Shown here: positions 36,598 to 46,461 of the stretch, one piece after another
Position numbering within the stretch: the first letter of the stretch is position 1
How the letters are laid out: every line of letters begins with the position of its first letter
Origin: an uncultured Acidobacteriota bacterium
Lineage (GTDB): Bacteria > Acidobacteriota > Vicinamibacteria > Vicinamibacterales > CAVVIG01
Length of the DNA stretch: 64,000 nt
Direction of reading: 5' to 3'
Assembly (NCBI GenBank): GCA_963773035.1
Contig: CAVYZX010000026.1
Span: 70,151 to 134,150 of the forward strand
The notes under the pieces: generated by a model
Seen by the model: the letters and a program-made list of their open reading frames with translations, nothing else
Database searches by the model: none
What the model was told of the DNA's origin: nothing
Program-made: the position numbers and the translations under genes

Positions 36598-37104
36598 TCA
36601 AGGTTTCGACTTCATCCAGCCCGGCGCCAGCGTCACCTGATCCCAGTGCTCGACGAACTTTCCGTCCTTGATCCGGACGGTCTCGAAAGCGAACGCTTCG
36701 TAGGTTCGCGTCTTGTCGTCCGGATCGGGCAGCGTGCCTTTGTAGATGGCGGTGACGAGATCGCCTTCGGCCATGATGATGACCGGATTGCGCAGCTGAA
36801 TCCCGCCCAGCTCCACGAGCCGGATCCCGCGCTTCTCGGCTTCTTCGAACGCGGCGACCCAGGCGTGACGGCCCTTGGCTCTGGTGATCTCGTCGATCCG
36901 CAGCGCTCGCGGGTTGTGCTGGATGTAGTCTTCGGCTTGAAACCGCTTCGACCGCTCCTCGCGCGTGCCCTGGGACGCAAAGAAGTCGAGAAGGAGCTTC
37001 TTGTTCGCCTCGAGCTGGGCCTGGGTCGGAGTTGTTGGCGCAGTTTGAGCGTGTGGCGAGACTGCCGCCAAGACGAGCGACGCCGTCAGCATGATCCACT
37101 TCAT
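36598..37104 (-). CDS. SnoaL-like / NTF2-like fold protein, exported
   Basis: Signal peptide MKWIMLTASLVLAAVSPHAQ. ...YIQHNP...DGKFVEHWD is typical of the SnoaL-like polyketide-cyclase fold. Confidence 0.65.
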   Translation of the reverse strand: MKWIMLTASLVLAAVSPHAQTAPTTPTQAQLEANKKLLLDFFASQGTREERSKRFQAEDYIQHNPRALRIDEITRAKGRHAWVAAFEEAEKRGIRLVELGGIQLRNPVIIMAEGDLVTAIYKGTLPDPDDKTRTYEAFAFETVRIKDGKFVEHWDQVTLAPGWMKSKP

Positions 37105-37147
37105 GGCGATTCCTCCTTCAGAAGGGTCCTGTGAAGTCCGAGGGCTC

Positions 37148-38668
37148 TCAGAGAACCAGCAGCGACACGAGCTCCCGCGCGTCGCGCAACTCTTCGAGCG
37201 TGTTCACCCGCCGGATGACGGCTTCCGCACGCTCGGCGCCGAGAACCGGCGTCAAGAGGTCGCGGGCCTTCGCGTTCACGCCCTCCGTGTTCAGCGGATT
37301 CTCTTTCGTGCCGGGCGGGTGCTTCGTGAAGTGATTCACCTTCCGGCCGTCGTGCAGCGTCATCTCCACGAATCCGCTGCGGGGCGCGTCGGGAACCATC
37401 AATGCCTTGTCGCCCACGAGTTGCACCCGCTCCTTGACGGCGCGCACGCGCGGGTCCGCCATGCGCTCGCGGGAGTGGCTGTCGGCGAACGTGACGCGGC
37501 CGTCGACCAGCGCGAGGGCGACGAGGTGCTGGCAGTTCACGTCCGGCATGGCGCTGTTGTTGACGATGCGGGCGCCGTCTTCCGGGAGCTTGACCAAGAC
37601 GTGCGCCACACTATCGGCGGTCAGCCCGTGCATGCGGCGCAGGACAAGCGTCGCGTCCAGAGCGGCCTGAATCGGATAGCCCACCGAGAAGGTCTTGATC
37701 GCGGTCTCCGTCACATAGAACCGGCTGCCCAGGCCGGCCACCATTTCCTCGGGCCGCGGTTCTCTGGAGAGCGCCTGCAGCATGTTGTGCTCGCCGTCGA
37801 GCACGTCGCGCACGCCGGTGAAGCCGTGATCCACCATGACGGCGGCCGTGACACCGTTGCGGGCGCCCATGCCGGCGAAGTCGAAGGCCTTCTCGATATG
37901 CTCTTCATCCCCGACCCAGCTCCAGAGACCGGACACCTGCTGGGCTGCGTAGGAGAGCGCGACGCGCATCCGCATTTCGTCGAACCGGGCGAGGCACGCC
38001 GCAGCTCCGACGCTCCCGAACGTGGAGCTCGTTCCCTCGGCGCTGCGATGCGTAGCTCGAACGTGGTCCGGGCCGAGCGCCATGAGGAAACGGCAGCACA
38101 GGTCGTAGCCGAGGACGACAGCCTTCAGCACGTCGAGGCCCGAACCGCCGTTGCGCTCGACCATGGCCAGTGCGGCGGGCACGACGGCGCAGCCGGGGTG
38201 CGCCTTGGTGACCGGCTCGAAATCGTCGGTCTCGTCCGAATGGCCGAACATCGCGTTGGCCAGGGCGGCGTTGATTGCCGTGGTTCTGATGTTCGTTGTG
38301 AGGACGGTAGCCTCCGCGGCCCCACCTTGTCCTCGGATGAACCGGATCGCCGCTTCGCCGGGCTTGAGACGAGCGCCCGAGACGACCGCTCCAATCGTAT
38401 CGAGGACCCGATGCTTGCCTTCGCGGATGACGTCGGCCGGAAGATCTCGGTCCCGAGCGGCCACCATGTAGCGGGCCAGCCGGCCTGTGATATCGGGCGT
38501 TGCCAATGGAGCCGCGCCCTGACCCGCCCGGCCCAGGGCCAACACGTGCGGCGTCTTCGTGGAAAACGCGGCGGTCGCGATGAGTCCACTCGCGCGCTGC
38601 AACATTCGACGCCGCGTGATGGGCGAGTGATCCTTGTCGGTGGCTCTGTCGTCGCGAGGATCGGTCAC
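37148..38668 (-). CDS. MmgE/PrpD family protein with a Tat-type signal
   Basis: ...SPITRRRMLQRASGLIATAAFS precedes a full-length MmgE/PrpD-like body (VLDTIGAVVSGA..., FGHSDETDD..., HPGCAV...). Confidence 0.8.
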   Translation of the reverse strand: MTDPRDDRATDKDHSPITRRRMLQRASGLIATAAFSTKTPHVLALGRAGQGAAPLATPDITGRLARYMVAARDRDLPADVIREGKHRVLDTIGAVVSGARLKPGEAAIRFIRGQGGAAEATVLTTNIRTTAINAALANAMFGHSDETDDFEPVTKAHPGCAVVPAALAMVERNGGSGLDVLKAVVLGYDLCCRFLMALGPDHVRATHRSAEGTSSTFGSVGAAACLARFDEMRMRVALSYAAQQVSGLWSWVGDEEHIEKAFDFAGMGARNGVTAAVMVDHGFTGVRDVLDGEHNMLQALSREPRPEEMVAGLGSRFYVTETAIKTFSVGYPIQAALDATLVLRRMHGLTADSVAHVLVKLPEDGARIVNNSAMPDVNCQHLVALALVDGRVTFADSHSRERMADPRVRAVKERVQLVGDKALMVPDAPRSGFVEMTLHDGRKVNHFTKHPPGTKENPLNTEGVNAKARDLLTPVLGAERAEAVIRRVNTLEELRDARELVSLLVL

Positions 38669-38850
38669 GGGAGCCTCCTCGAACGGCCAATTGCTGGTTC
38701 GTCTTCCGTTACGGGCTTCGTCGGGGACTTTATCACCACCGGCGTCCTTCTGACGGACCGGCGGGCAGTCTCGACGCGGGCGATGCGACGGCCTATGATG
38801 GCGACGATTATTCAGGTTTTCACTTCGGTATAGGCTCAGGGCGCTTGTAA

Positions 38851-39043
38851 ATCACGAAGGCACGAAGGCCTCGAATTGTCACGAAGACGAGCAGTCGGTG
38901 GAAACCAGTTTCTGCCACGGAGTCACCGAGTCGCTGAGAGACTTGTCTGAGAGCGCTCGACGCGGCGCCGCGCAGCGGCGGCTCATTGACTCTGTGGCAG
39001 CGACATTTCGCGACCGTTCGTGTTTTCGTGACTTCGTGGTTCC
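38851..39043. repeat. Nested palindromic intergenic repeat (family R2, copy B, left-arm form)
   Basis: atcacgaaggcacgaagg...acgaagacgagcagtcg...gccacggagtcaccgagtcgctgagag...gagcgctcgacgcggcgccgcgcagcggcggctc...cgtgttttcgtgacttcgtggttcc. Lies in a divergent promoter region. Confidence 0.7.
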
Positions 39044-39073
39044 GTCTTATGTTCAGCGAAAAATGCATGAGGA

Positions 39074-40507
39074 GTGTCGCAGATGCATCAGTCGAAAAGC
39101 ACGCGCGCTGTTGTCGGTGCGCTGATCGTGGCAACCTCGCTCACGTGCTCGACGAGCGACAAGTCGCAAATCGGATTCAAGAGCGTGGGGCGCGGCGCCC
39201 CTCTCACGCCAGCCATCCCCGCCGACCTCTGGGCGAAGGCCGACGACATCGAGGCGTTTCCCTTCACCGAGATCAAGGACTATCCGGAGAAGCACTGGCT
39301 CGTTGGCCCGTTCGATCCCGCAGCCTCCGGCAACCGGCTGACCGGATTCGTCGGCTCCGCACAGAACGGCGCCACACCGGAAGGGATCGAACCGTTGAAG
39401 GTCGACGTCTTCACGTCCAAGGACTTCTACGCCGACCGCGCGCTTTGGACCGACAAGCGGTACTTCCGGTGCAACAGCCCCTATGGTCTCGAGGCGCAGT
39501 GGCGGGGCGGGATGATCGGGGACAAGCCACCGGCCTCGGCTTCATGGGGCTTCTGCGATCGCGACTACCCGCGGGAGGCGATCGTCAGCCCCTATACGTT
39601 CAAGACGGCACAGGCTCACTACGAGGCGCTGCTCGACGAGACACGCCGCCGCGGCGGGCCGACAGAGCACACCTACGCCACGGTGCCCGGCGAGTGGAGC
39701 GGGCGCTACGTGTGGCACCGGGGACAGAACTGGTACGCCGAGCTGCTGTGGAATCAGTATCCGACCATCCTGTCGCTGCTCACCGACGAGTACCAGACGC
39801 GGATGGTGCAGGAGGCGTATCACGACGCGCACGACAACGCGCCGCAGTGGCCGGCGCAGTACTGCTGGCCCGAAGGCTTCATGCGGCGCTGGCACTACCA
39901 TGCGGTCACGAACCAGCCCCATTCGGTGATCGTCACACCCACGCTCGTCCAGTTCCTGGCCGGTGACGCCGACAACTTCATCACCAACGTTCACATCGGC
40001 CGCTCGTTCAACATGGACGGCGGCGCACCGCATCTCGGCGCTGAGGTCCCGCGCTGGTACGGCGACACGATCGGCTTCTGGGATGGCGACGCGCTGATCA
40101 CCTGGACGTCGAACATCCAGGGCTGGAAAGTGCACGGAAACCCGGAGTTCTCGAGCAAGCTGCAAACCGTCGAAATCTACACGTCGAACCGAGACAAGGC
40201 CGGCAAGCTTGTGGGCCTGGACCACGAAGGCATCTTTTACGATCCGGAAGCACTCGTGGAACCGATCCGAATGCTCCGCACGCTCGAGCGGAACAGCGGC
40301 TTCGAAACCGGCGAGCCCTACACTTTCATCGAGTGCATTCAGACGATCTTCCCGATCGACGGACGCGCCAAACCGGTGGTCGCGGGTACTGTCGTTCCCT
40401 ACAAGGTGCCCAACATGTACGACCGACCCTGGGCGAAGATCTGGGAGGAACACCACGAGAAAGGCATGCAGCGGCCGCCAGAGAAGGAGATCATTTCCTT
40501 CCGCTGA
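39074..40507 (+). CDS. 'WEGD-motif' family protein, subfamily C, long form (possible lipoprotein)
   Basis: N-terminal ...[17 protein letters not shown] is lipobox-like. Motifs [46 protein letters not shown]. Collinear with 27319..28254, plus an N-terminal extension of about 150 aa. Confidence 0.75.
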   Translation: MSQMHQSKSTRAVVGALIVATSLTCSTSDKSQIGFKSVGRGAPLTPAIPADLWAKADDIEAFPFTEIKDYPEKHWLVGPFDPAASGNRLTGFVGSAQNGATPEGIEPLKVDVFTSKDFYADRALWTDKRYFRCNSPYGLEAQWRGGMIGDKPPASASWGFCDRDYPREAIVSPYTFKTAQAHYEALLDETRRRGGPTEHTYATVPGEWSGRYVWHRGQNWYAELLWNQYPTILSLLTDEYQTRMVQEAYHDAHDNAPQWPAQYCWPEGFMRRWHYHAVTNQPHSVIVTPTLVQFLAGDADNFITNVHIGRSFNMDGGAPHLGAEVPRWYGDTIGFWDGDALITWTSNIQGWKVHGNPEFSSKLQTVEIYTSNRDKAGKLVGLDHEGIFYDPEALVEPIRMLRTLERNSGFETGEPYTFIECIQTIFPIDGRAKPVVAGTVVPYKVPNMYDRPWAKIWEEHHEKGMQRPPEKEIISFR

Positions 40508-40597
40508 TCTAACACGTCTGGCTCCCACATCGGGGTACGCCACTGCGCATCGGCCTCGTGAGGTAGCCGCGCGACGTGACGCACCCCCGCCAGACTC

Positions 40598-42952
40598 TTA
40601 CTGCCGCGCCATCGCTATCCGCATCGTCGCGTCGTCGTCTTTGATCAGGTCACCGCTGACATCGATGACGGCGGTGTGAATGGTGCCGGTGAACGCGTAC
40701 GGCGGCTTGTAGAGTTCCGTGACCGGCGAACCGGGATCCGCACCGGCCGTGACGCCGCCGCCGAGGCCTACGCAGAGAGGAATCGTCTTGGCCAGATCGA
40801 CTTGGCCGACGAGTTTCCCGTCGATGTAGAGCTGCCCTCGCCCGGGAGCGCCGAGGCCCTTGGCGACATCCGCCTTTCCACTCGGCTCGAACTCGTACCG
40901 CAGCTTGCGGCGTCCCGCCGGTATGGCTTCCTTGGATTCGACGTGATACTGCGTATCGGCGACGTAGTTGTAGGCGTAGTGCAGCTTGCCGCCCTGGACG
41001 TAGAACGAGAAGCCGCCGTCGTTTCCGCCGTGCGAGAGGAGGACGCCTTCAGCGCCGGATGCCGGGATCTCGGCATCCACGGTGATGCTGTAGGGCCGGT
41101 TCAAGGTATTCACCGCCGCGTTGGTCGGCACGGTTTGCGTGCCCTGGTAGTACTGATAGCTCTTTCGGTCGACAGAGAGCTGGGGACGGGGCTCGCCGAG
41201 ACGCAGCTGTCCGCGTGAATCGATTGGCAGCACGTTGTACTTGCCCGCCTCGACATACCACAAGCTGATCATCTCGATCAGCTTGTCGCGGTTCGATTCG
41301 GCGAGGTTGTGGTTCTCGGCGAAGTCCTTCTCGATGTGATAGAGCTCCCAGTGCTTCGCGTCCTGCTCGCTCAGTGTCTTGGCGTCCATCGGCGCGCCGA
41401 ACTGGCGGCCCGATTCCGTGAACGACGTGCCTGGCCACGGGCAGACCGCGCGCCAGCCGTCGTGGTAGATCGATCGATGGCCGAACATCTCGAAGTACTG
41501 CGTGATGTGCTTGCTTGGCGCCTTGGCGTCGTCGAAGGCGTGCGCGAAGCTATGGCCTTCGATCGGCGACTGAGTGACGCCCTTGATCGAGGTCGGGGCC
41601 TCGAGTCCAAGCGCGTCGAGCACCGTCGGCACCATATCGATGGCGTGCGCGTATTGCGTCCGGATCTCTCCCTTGGCCTTGATCCCTTTCGGCCAATGGA
41701 CCATGAACGGATCGCTGATGCCGCCGCGATACGTCTCGCGCTTCCAGCGCCGGAACGGCGTGTTGCCGGCGAAGGTCCAGCCCCACGAGTAGTGGTTGAA
41801 GTACTTCGGGCCGCCGATGTCGTCGATCGCCGCCAGGTTCTGCTGCAGGTTGTCGGGGACGTTGTTGAAGAACTTGTTCTCGTTGACCGACCCGCTCGGC
41901 CCGCCCTCGGCGCTGGCGCCGTTGTCGGAGATGAACATGACGAGCGTGTTCTCCCACTCGCCGATGCTCTTGAGGAACTCGAACAGGCGGCCGTACTGAT
42001 GGTCGGTGTGCTCCAGGAAGCCGGCGAACACTTCCATCATCCGTGCGTAGAGCTTGCGCTCGTCCGCTGGCAGGTCCTTCCATGCCGCGACGTCCGGATC
42101 GTGACGCGACAACTCGGCGTCCTTCGGGATGATGCCGAGCTCCTTCTGCCGCGCGAACGTCTTCTCGCGGTAGACGTCCCAGCCCTCGTCGAACTTGCCC
42201 TTGTACTTGTCGGCCCACTCCTTCGGGACGTGATGTGGCGCGTGCATCGCGCCGGGGGCGAAGTACATGAAGAAGGGCTTGTTCGGAGCGACCTGCTTGG
42301 CGTCGGCGATGAAGCTGATCGCGTGATCGACGAGATCGACCGTGAGGTGATAGCCCTCTTCAGGGGTTTTCTCCGGCTCGACGGTGTGGTTGTCGTACAC
42401 CAGCTCGGGGTAGTACTGATGCGTGTCGCCACCGAGGAAGCCGTAGTAGCGCTCGAAGCCGCGGCCGAGCGGCCAGCGGCTGTACGGCCCGGCCGCGCTC
42501 GTCTGCTCGCTCGGCGCCAGGTGCCACTTCCCCAGGCAATACGTGTTGTAGCCATTCTCGAGGAGGATGTCCGAGAGGAATCCGTTCTCGAACGGGACGT
42601 AGCCATTGCCACCGGGATATCCGGTCGAGCCCTCAGTGATGCACGACATCGCGTTCGAGTGGTGGTTGCGTCCCGTCAAGATGCACGAGCGCGTCGGCGA
42701 ACAGAGCGCGGTCGTGTGCATGTTCATGAACCGCAATCCGCCCTTGGCCAGCGCGTCGAGGTTCGGCGTCGCGATCGGGCTGCCGAAGCAGCCGAGCTGT
42801 CCGAAGCCCGTGTCGTCCTGCACGATGAAGAGCACGTTCGGAGCGCCCTCCTTCGAGCGGAGCGGCTCTGGCCACGCGGGCGACGACTTGTCGAATGTCC
42901 GTCCGATGACACCGGGGAACGCAGTTCCGGGTTTGTATTCTTTGAGAGCCAT
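40598..42952 (-). CDS. Arylsulfatase (Cys-type, formylglycine-dependent sulfatase family), long form, no signal peptide
   Basis: NVLFIVQDDTGFG...CSPTRSCILTGR (C-x-P-x-R signature), then GKWH. AAGGAGG SD upstream of the ATG at 42952. Confidence 0.9.
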   Translation of the reverse strand: MALKEYKPGTAFPGVIGRTFDKSSPAWPEPLRSKEGAPNVLFIVQDDTGFGQLGCFGSPIATPNLDALAKGGLRFMNMHTTALCSPTRSCILTGRNHHSNAMSCITEGSTGYPGGNGYVPFENGFLSDILLENGYNTYCLGKWHLAPSEQTSAAGPYSRWPLGRGFERYYGFLGGDTHQYYPELVYDNHTVEPEKTPEEGYHLTVDLVDHAISFIADAKQVAPNKPFFMYFAPGAMHAPHHVPKEWADKYKGKFDEGWDVYREKTFARQKELGIIPKDAELSRHDPDVAAWKDLPADERKLYARMMEVFAGFLEHTDHQYGRLFEFLKSIGEWENTLVMFISDNGASAEGGPSGSVNENKFFNNVPDNLQQNLAAIDDIGGPKYFNHYSWGWTFAGNTPFRRWKRETYRGGISDPFMVHWPKGIKAKGEIRTQYAHAIDMVPTVLDALGLEAPTSIKGVTQSPIEGHSFAHAFDDAKAPSKHITQYFEMFGHRSIYHDGWRAVCPWPGTSFTESGRQFGAPMDAKTLSEQDAKHWELYHIEKDFAENHNLAESNRDKLIEMISLWYVEAGKYNVLPIDSRGQLRLGEPRPQLSVDRKSYQYYQGTQTVPTNAAVNTLNRPYSITVDAEIPASGAEGVLLSHGGNDGGFSFYVQGGKLHYAYNYVADTQYHVESKEAIPAGRRKLRYEFEPSGKADVAKGLGAPGRGQLYIDGKLVGQVDLAKTIPLCVGLGGGVTAGADPGSPVTELYKPPYAFTGTIHTAVIDVSGDLIKDDDATMRIAMARQ

Positions 42953-43401
42953 TGTTTATCTGACCTCCTTGACGATTACCGTCGCCGACTTGGTTACGCC
43001 CACATCGTGTGTTCGGGATCTGAGTGAAGTGGCATTCGCGCGCCTGTGTGATAGGTTCAGCCTCCGCCGGCGAGTGCAACATACGGACCCGCCTGTGGCC
43101 CACGAACGCCAATAAATCCGCCGTGTCTGACTCGCCGCGCCACGACATGTCGTGACCTCATTCTCGAGTCACGATGTCTTCCATGGCGTTGTCCTCGGCG
43201 ATCGCAACATTCAATGTACCGGGAGAGCGGCGGCTGTCCCGCTCGGCTCTTCTGCAACCGCGACAGTGGGGTTCCGCCAGCCTGCCGTGAGCAGGACTAT
43301 GGAGTTGCCACAGAGGACGCTATAGGACGAAGGATCTAGGCGGGCTGCTAGCTCGTCGAATATTGGTCACGGATCGATCGAAGTCTCGTGCCGGAACCAG
43401 T

Positions 43402-44295
43402 TCAATCGATCTTGACGAGCCGCCGGAACTGCTGATTCTCGTTGCAGATGAACTCGATAATCTCATCGTCGGGCGCGATCTGCTGATTGACGCGAACCGT
43501 AACCGGTCTCGTGTAGGCCTTCGAATCGTCAAGCGTGACGTCGATTTCCAACCTGCCGTATGTCGGCCGGCGAATGCGCTCAGTGAACCTGGCCTGGTCC
43601 GTGTAGGGGCTGCCGCGCACGTCGAGCCATCCGTCGTAGGGGCCCGATTCCGCTCCCCTCAAGTTGTTGGTCTCGACGACGAGCGTGTCGCCTTCCCATC
43701 TTCCTACCGAGTACCCGTACCAGAACGGCTGCACACTGCCCTGCGGCGGCAGCGTGCGCCCGTCGATGTAAATGTAGCGAAGGCCGTAGTTCGCCTCGTA
43801 CATGATCGCGATCACCCCGGAGTTCTGCATGATCTTGCGCGGCTGGCCATGCGTGTGGAACTGCGTCAGACCCATCGGCAGGCAATTCGCATCGGGGTTT
43901 TCCTTGTTGTCCGCGGCCATCCGCTGCTTCTTCAACTCTTCAGCCCATGGCGTGAGCGGCAAGCCCCCCGGGACGTTCGCGCCGATCTCCCAGAAGGCGG
44001 CAATCGGGGGCGAGTTCGGATCCGTAGGCGGCGCCGGCGTCTGGGCGGCAGCCGGCCGGTTGCGGAACAGACCGGCGAGCTCCGGGGCGGCGAAGGCCCC
44101 TTCGCCTCTGATCCGGATCCAGTTGCCCGTCAAGTCGGGCTTCCCATCCGGCATCCGCGGCGTCGGAGCGTCCATCCGGACACCGCCCTCCGCGTCGCGC
44201 GGGACGCCAGGAGCCTGATACTTCGGCCACTGTGCCGCCGGTGACACCGAACATATCGCGACGATGACGCCTACGACTGCGATTGCGCGTCTCAT
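43402..44295 (-). CDS. Exported 'WEGD-motif' family protein, subfamily B
   Basis: Signal peptide MRRAIAVVGVIVAICSVSPAAQ. Motifs PDGKPDLTGNW, ANCLPMG, GYSVGRWEGDTLVVETNN, FTERIRR, EFICNENQ. Confidence 0.85.
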   Translation of the reverse strand: MRRAIAVVGVIVAICSVSPAAQWPKYQAPGVPRDAEGGVRMDAPTPRMPDGKPDLTGNWIRIRGEGAFAAPELAGLFRNRPAAAQTPAPPTDPNSPPIAAFWEIGANVPGGLPLTPWAEELKKQRMAADNKENPDANCLPMGLTQFHTHGQPRKIMQNSGVIAIMYEANYGLRYIYIDGRTLPPQGSVQPFWYGYSVGRWEGDTLVVETNNLRGAESGPYDGWLDVRGSPYTDQARFTERIRRPTYGRLEIDVTLDDSKAYTRPVTVRVNQQIAPDDEIIEFICNENQQFRRLVKID

Positions 44296-44320
44296 GTCAA
44301 TGCTCCTGACAAATCATCGA

Positions 44321-44947
44321 TCAACTGGCCTCGACTACTTCAGCGATAACGACCGGCGCAGGAGCATCCTTGAATTTCCTGTACTTTCCGAGGACCATTC
44401 CGATTGTGTACACGATTGGAATGACGATGCGACGCACGACGGCAGGCAGCTCGAGCAGCGCGAATTCATTTCGGTACCGTGTCACCAGGAAGGCTGCGTC
44501 GAAGAGTCCAGGCCGTCGGCCGCCATTCGCTTTCGTTGACGAGAACAGCGTAGTAAGAAAGAACTCGACATTGTGAGGCGGACTGCACCAGCCGGTCATG
44601 TGCAGCTCGTCGCTCCCCGCATTCCACCACTTGTGTGGCGTGCCGGCGGGCCAGACAACGAGTTCGTCCGGACCGGCGAATTGTGGCTGGCCACCAAACA
44701 TCTGATATCCGAGTCGTCCGCGGACGACTCGCGCGGCCTCTTCTTGAAGGTAGTGAACGTGCATCGGCGGGCCGGCACCTGGTTGCGCAACACCGTCGGC
44801 TCCCAGACGAACGCCACTCGGCCCCTGGGTGAGGCCTGTGAACGTGAGGAGCTCACCGTGTCCATTGTCGATCGTGTACGGGTAGACGTTGTTCATCCTG
44901 AGCGTAGCCCTGGGCGGCGATGTGCGCACGTGTTCGAATGAAATCAT
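44321..44947 (-). CDS. Cupin-domain protein with a C-terminal hydrophobic segment
   Basis: GPPMHVHYLQEE...VVWPAGTPHKWWNAG cupin motifs. C-terminal IVIPIVYTIGMVLG helix. Alternative start at MNNVYPY (44896). Confidence 0.7.
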   Translation of the reverse strand: MISFEHVRTSPPRATLRMNNVYPYTIDNGHGELLTFTGLTQGPSGVRLGADGVAQPGAGPPMHVHYLQEEAARVVRGRLGYQMFGGQPQFAGPDELVVWPAGTPHKWWNAGSDELHMTGWCSPPHNVEFFLTTLFSSTKANGGRRPGLFDAAFLVTRYRNEFALLELPAVVRRIVIPIVYTIGMVLGKYRKFKDAPAPVVIAEVVEAS

Positions 44948-44965
44948 CGATCATCGTTCATCCGA

Positions 44966-46456
44966 TCATCGCTGCCAGCGCGCCTGCCACCGAGCGCGCA
45001 AGCCCGCGCGGTCGATTTCCTGACCACGCAGGTACACCTTATTGATCCGGCGAGAGTTTGCGATGTCTTCGAGTGGGTTCGCGTCGAGGACAATGAAATC
45101 CGCGCTCTTGCCGGGTGCAACCATTCCTGTGTCGATCTTCGCCACGGCCGCCGCGTCGCGGGTGGCCATGACTATCGCCTCGGCCGGCGTGAAGCCCATC
45201 GTCACCCAGTTCTCGAACCGTAATTGCTCGTACCAGCCGAATCCTCGGCCGGCCGCTCCGTTGTCGCTTCCGTACACGAGCTTCATGCCGGCGCCGATCA
45301 GCTGCTTCGCCACGTCACCAGTTGCTTTCGAGCTCCGGCGCGCTCGCTCGATCGCTTCAGGCGTCATCCGCTTCAGCTCGTCGCCCTGCTGTTGTTGAAC
45401 CTGTTCGCGGGGAAGCATCTCCCACAGCAGCGGGTCGTCCCACGCCTTCGGCCCCAAAGCGACTGAGGAGCCTGGCTCGTTGAACCAGATCGGACGGCTG
45501 CTTCTGGCGACTCGCTCTCTGACAATCGTGAGAAATTCGGCGTCCGGTACATCGCCGCCTCGCACTGGAATGTGAGTGGCGCCTTCGAGTCCGGCCCGGT
45601 ACAACTCTTTGGCATCGGCCAGCTTCACGGTGTGGGCCACGACTGGAATGTTGAAGGTGGATGCTTCTTGAATGATCGCGCGGTACAGCTCCGGCGTCAG
45701 CGTCTTGAGCGTGCCACCCCGGTCGTCAACCCAGATCTTGACGAACTCCGGCTTGGTCTTCACGTAATCTCGAACCGCACGTCGAGCCTCGTCGACGGTC
45801 GTCACCGGGTACATGACGTCGTTTCGTGACGAGTGTCCGCCGGCGCCGGCTCCTGGCCATGAAATGCCAGGACCTGCGGTTCGAAACAGCGCCGCATTCG
45901 GAATCACTTCGTCGCGTACGCGAAGCGGCACGTCGCCCCAGGGGAAACGACCCGATTTCGGCATCAGCGGATCCCTGGGAGCCTGGAACACATCGAGATG
46001 GTCGGCCGGCATGATTTCTCGCTCGGCGAGATCCGCGATGCTGACGACCGCACTGAATCCCATGTACGCGAACCGTTCCAAATGATCGATCAGGTTCTCG
46101 CGAGTGAAGTTCGCCTTGGAAGTCGTGCCCTCGATCACGTTCTCGTATCCGAGATGTCCGTGCGTATCCACCTTCGCCGGCATGACGGTCTTCCCGGTGA
46201 GGTCGACTCGTACAGCGTCAGGTGCGTCGATTTCGCCGCGGCGTCCAACGCGCGTGAATTGGTCGTTCTGCACGACGAACACCGAGTTCTCGATCGGCGC
46301 GCGGCCGTCGCCGGTGATGAGCCGGGCGCCCTCGAATATCGTGGTGCGGCCCTGACCGCTCGCAGGCCAGAAGGCAGCCGTCGCCAGAAGCAGCGAAACA
46401 ACGAGGAGCGATCGCGCCACTGCCATCATCCGCGCTATCCTCTCACGAAAAGTCAC
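44966..46456 (-). CDS. Amidohydrolase family protein, exported
   Basis: Signal-like N-terminus ...ARSLLVVSLLLATAAFWPASG. ...GKTVMPAKVDTHGHLGY metal-binding start and HTVKLAD... later. GTG start at 46456, or ATG at 46429. Confidence 0.8.
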   Translation of the reverse strand: MTFRERIARMMAVARSLLVVSLLLATAAFWPASGQGRTTIFEGARLITGDGRAPIENSVFVVQNDQFTRVGRRGEIDAPDAVRVDLTGKTVMPAKVDTHGHLGYENVIEGTTSKANFTRENLIDHLERFAYMGFSAVVSIADLAEREIMPADHLDVFQAPRDPLMPKSGRFPWGDVPLRVRDEVIPNAALFRTAGPGISWPGAGAGGHSSRNDVMYPVTTVDEARRAVRDYVKTKPEFVKIWVDDRGGTLKTLTPELYRAIIQEASTFNIPVVAHTVKLADAKELYRAGLEGATHIPVRGGDVPDAEFLTIVRERVARSSRPIWFNEPGSSVALGPKAWDDPLLWEMLPREQVQQQQGDELKRMTPEAIERARRSSKATGDVAKQLIGAGMKLVYGSDNGAAGRGFGWYEQLRFENWVTMGFTPAEAIVMATRDAAAVAKIDTGMVAPGKSADFIVLDANPLEDIANSRRINKVYLRGQEIDRAGLRARWQARWQR

Positions 46457-46461
46457 TGTAG

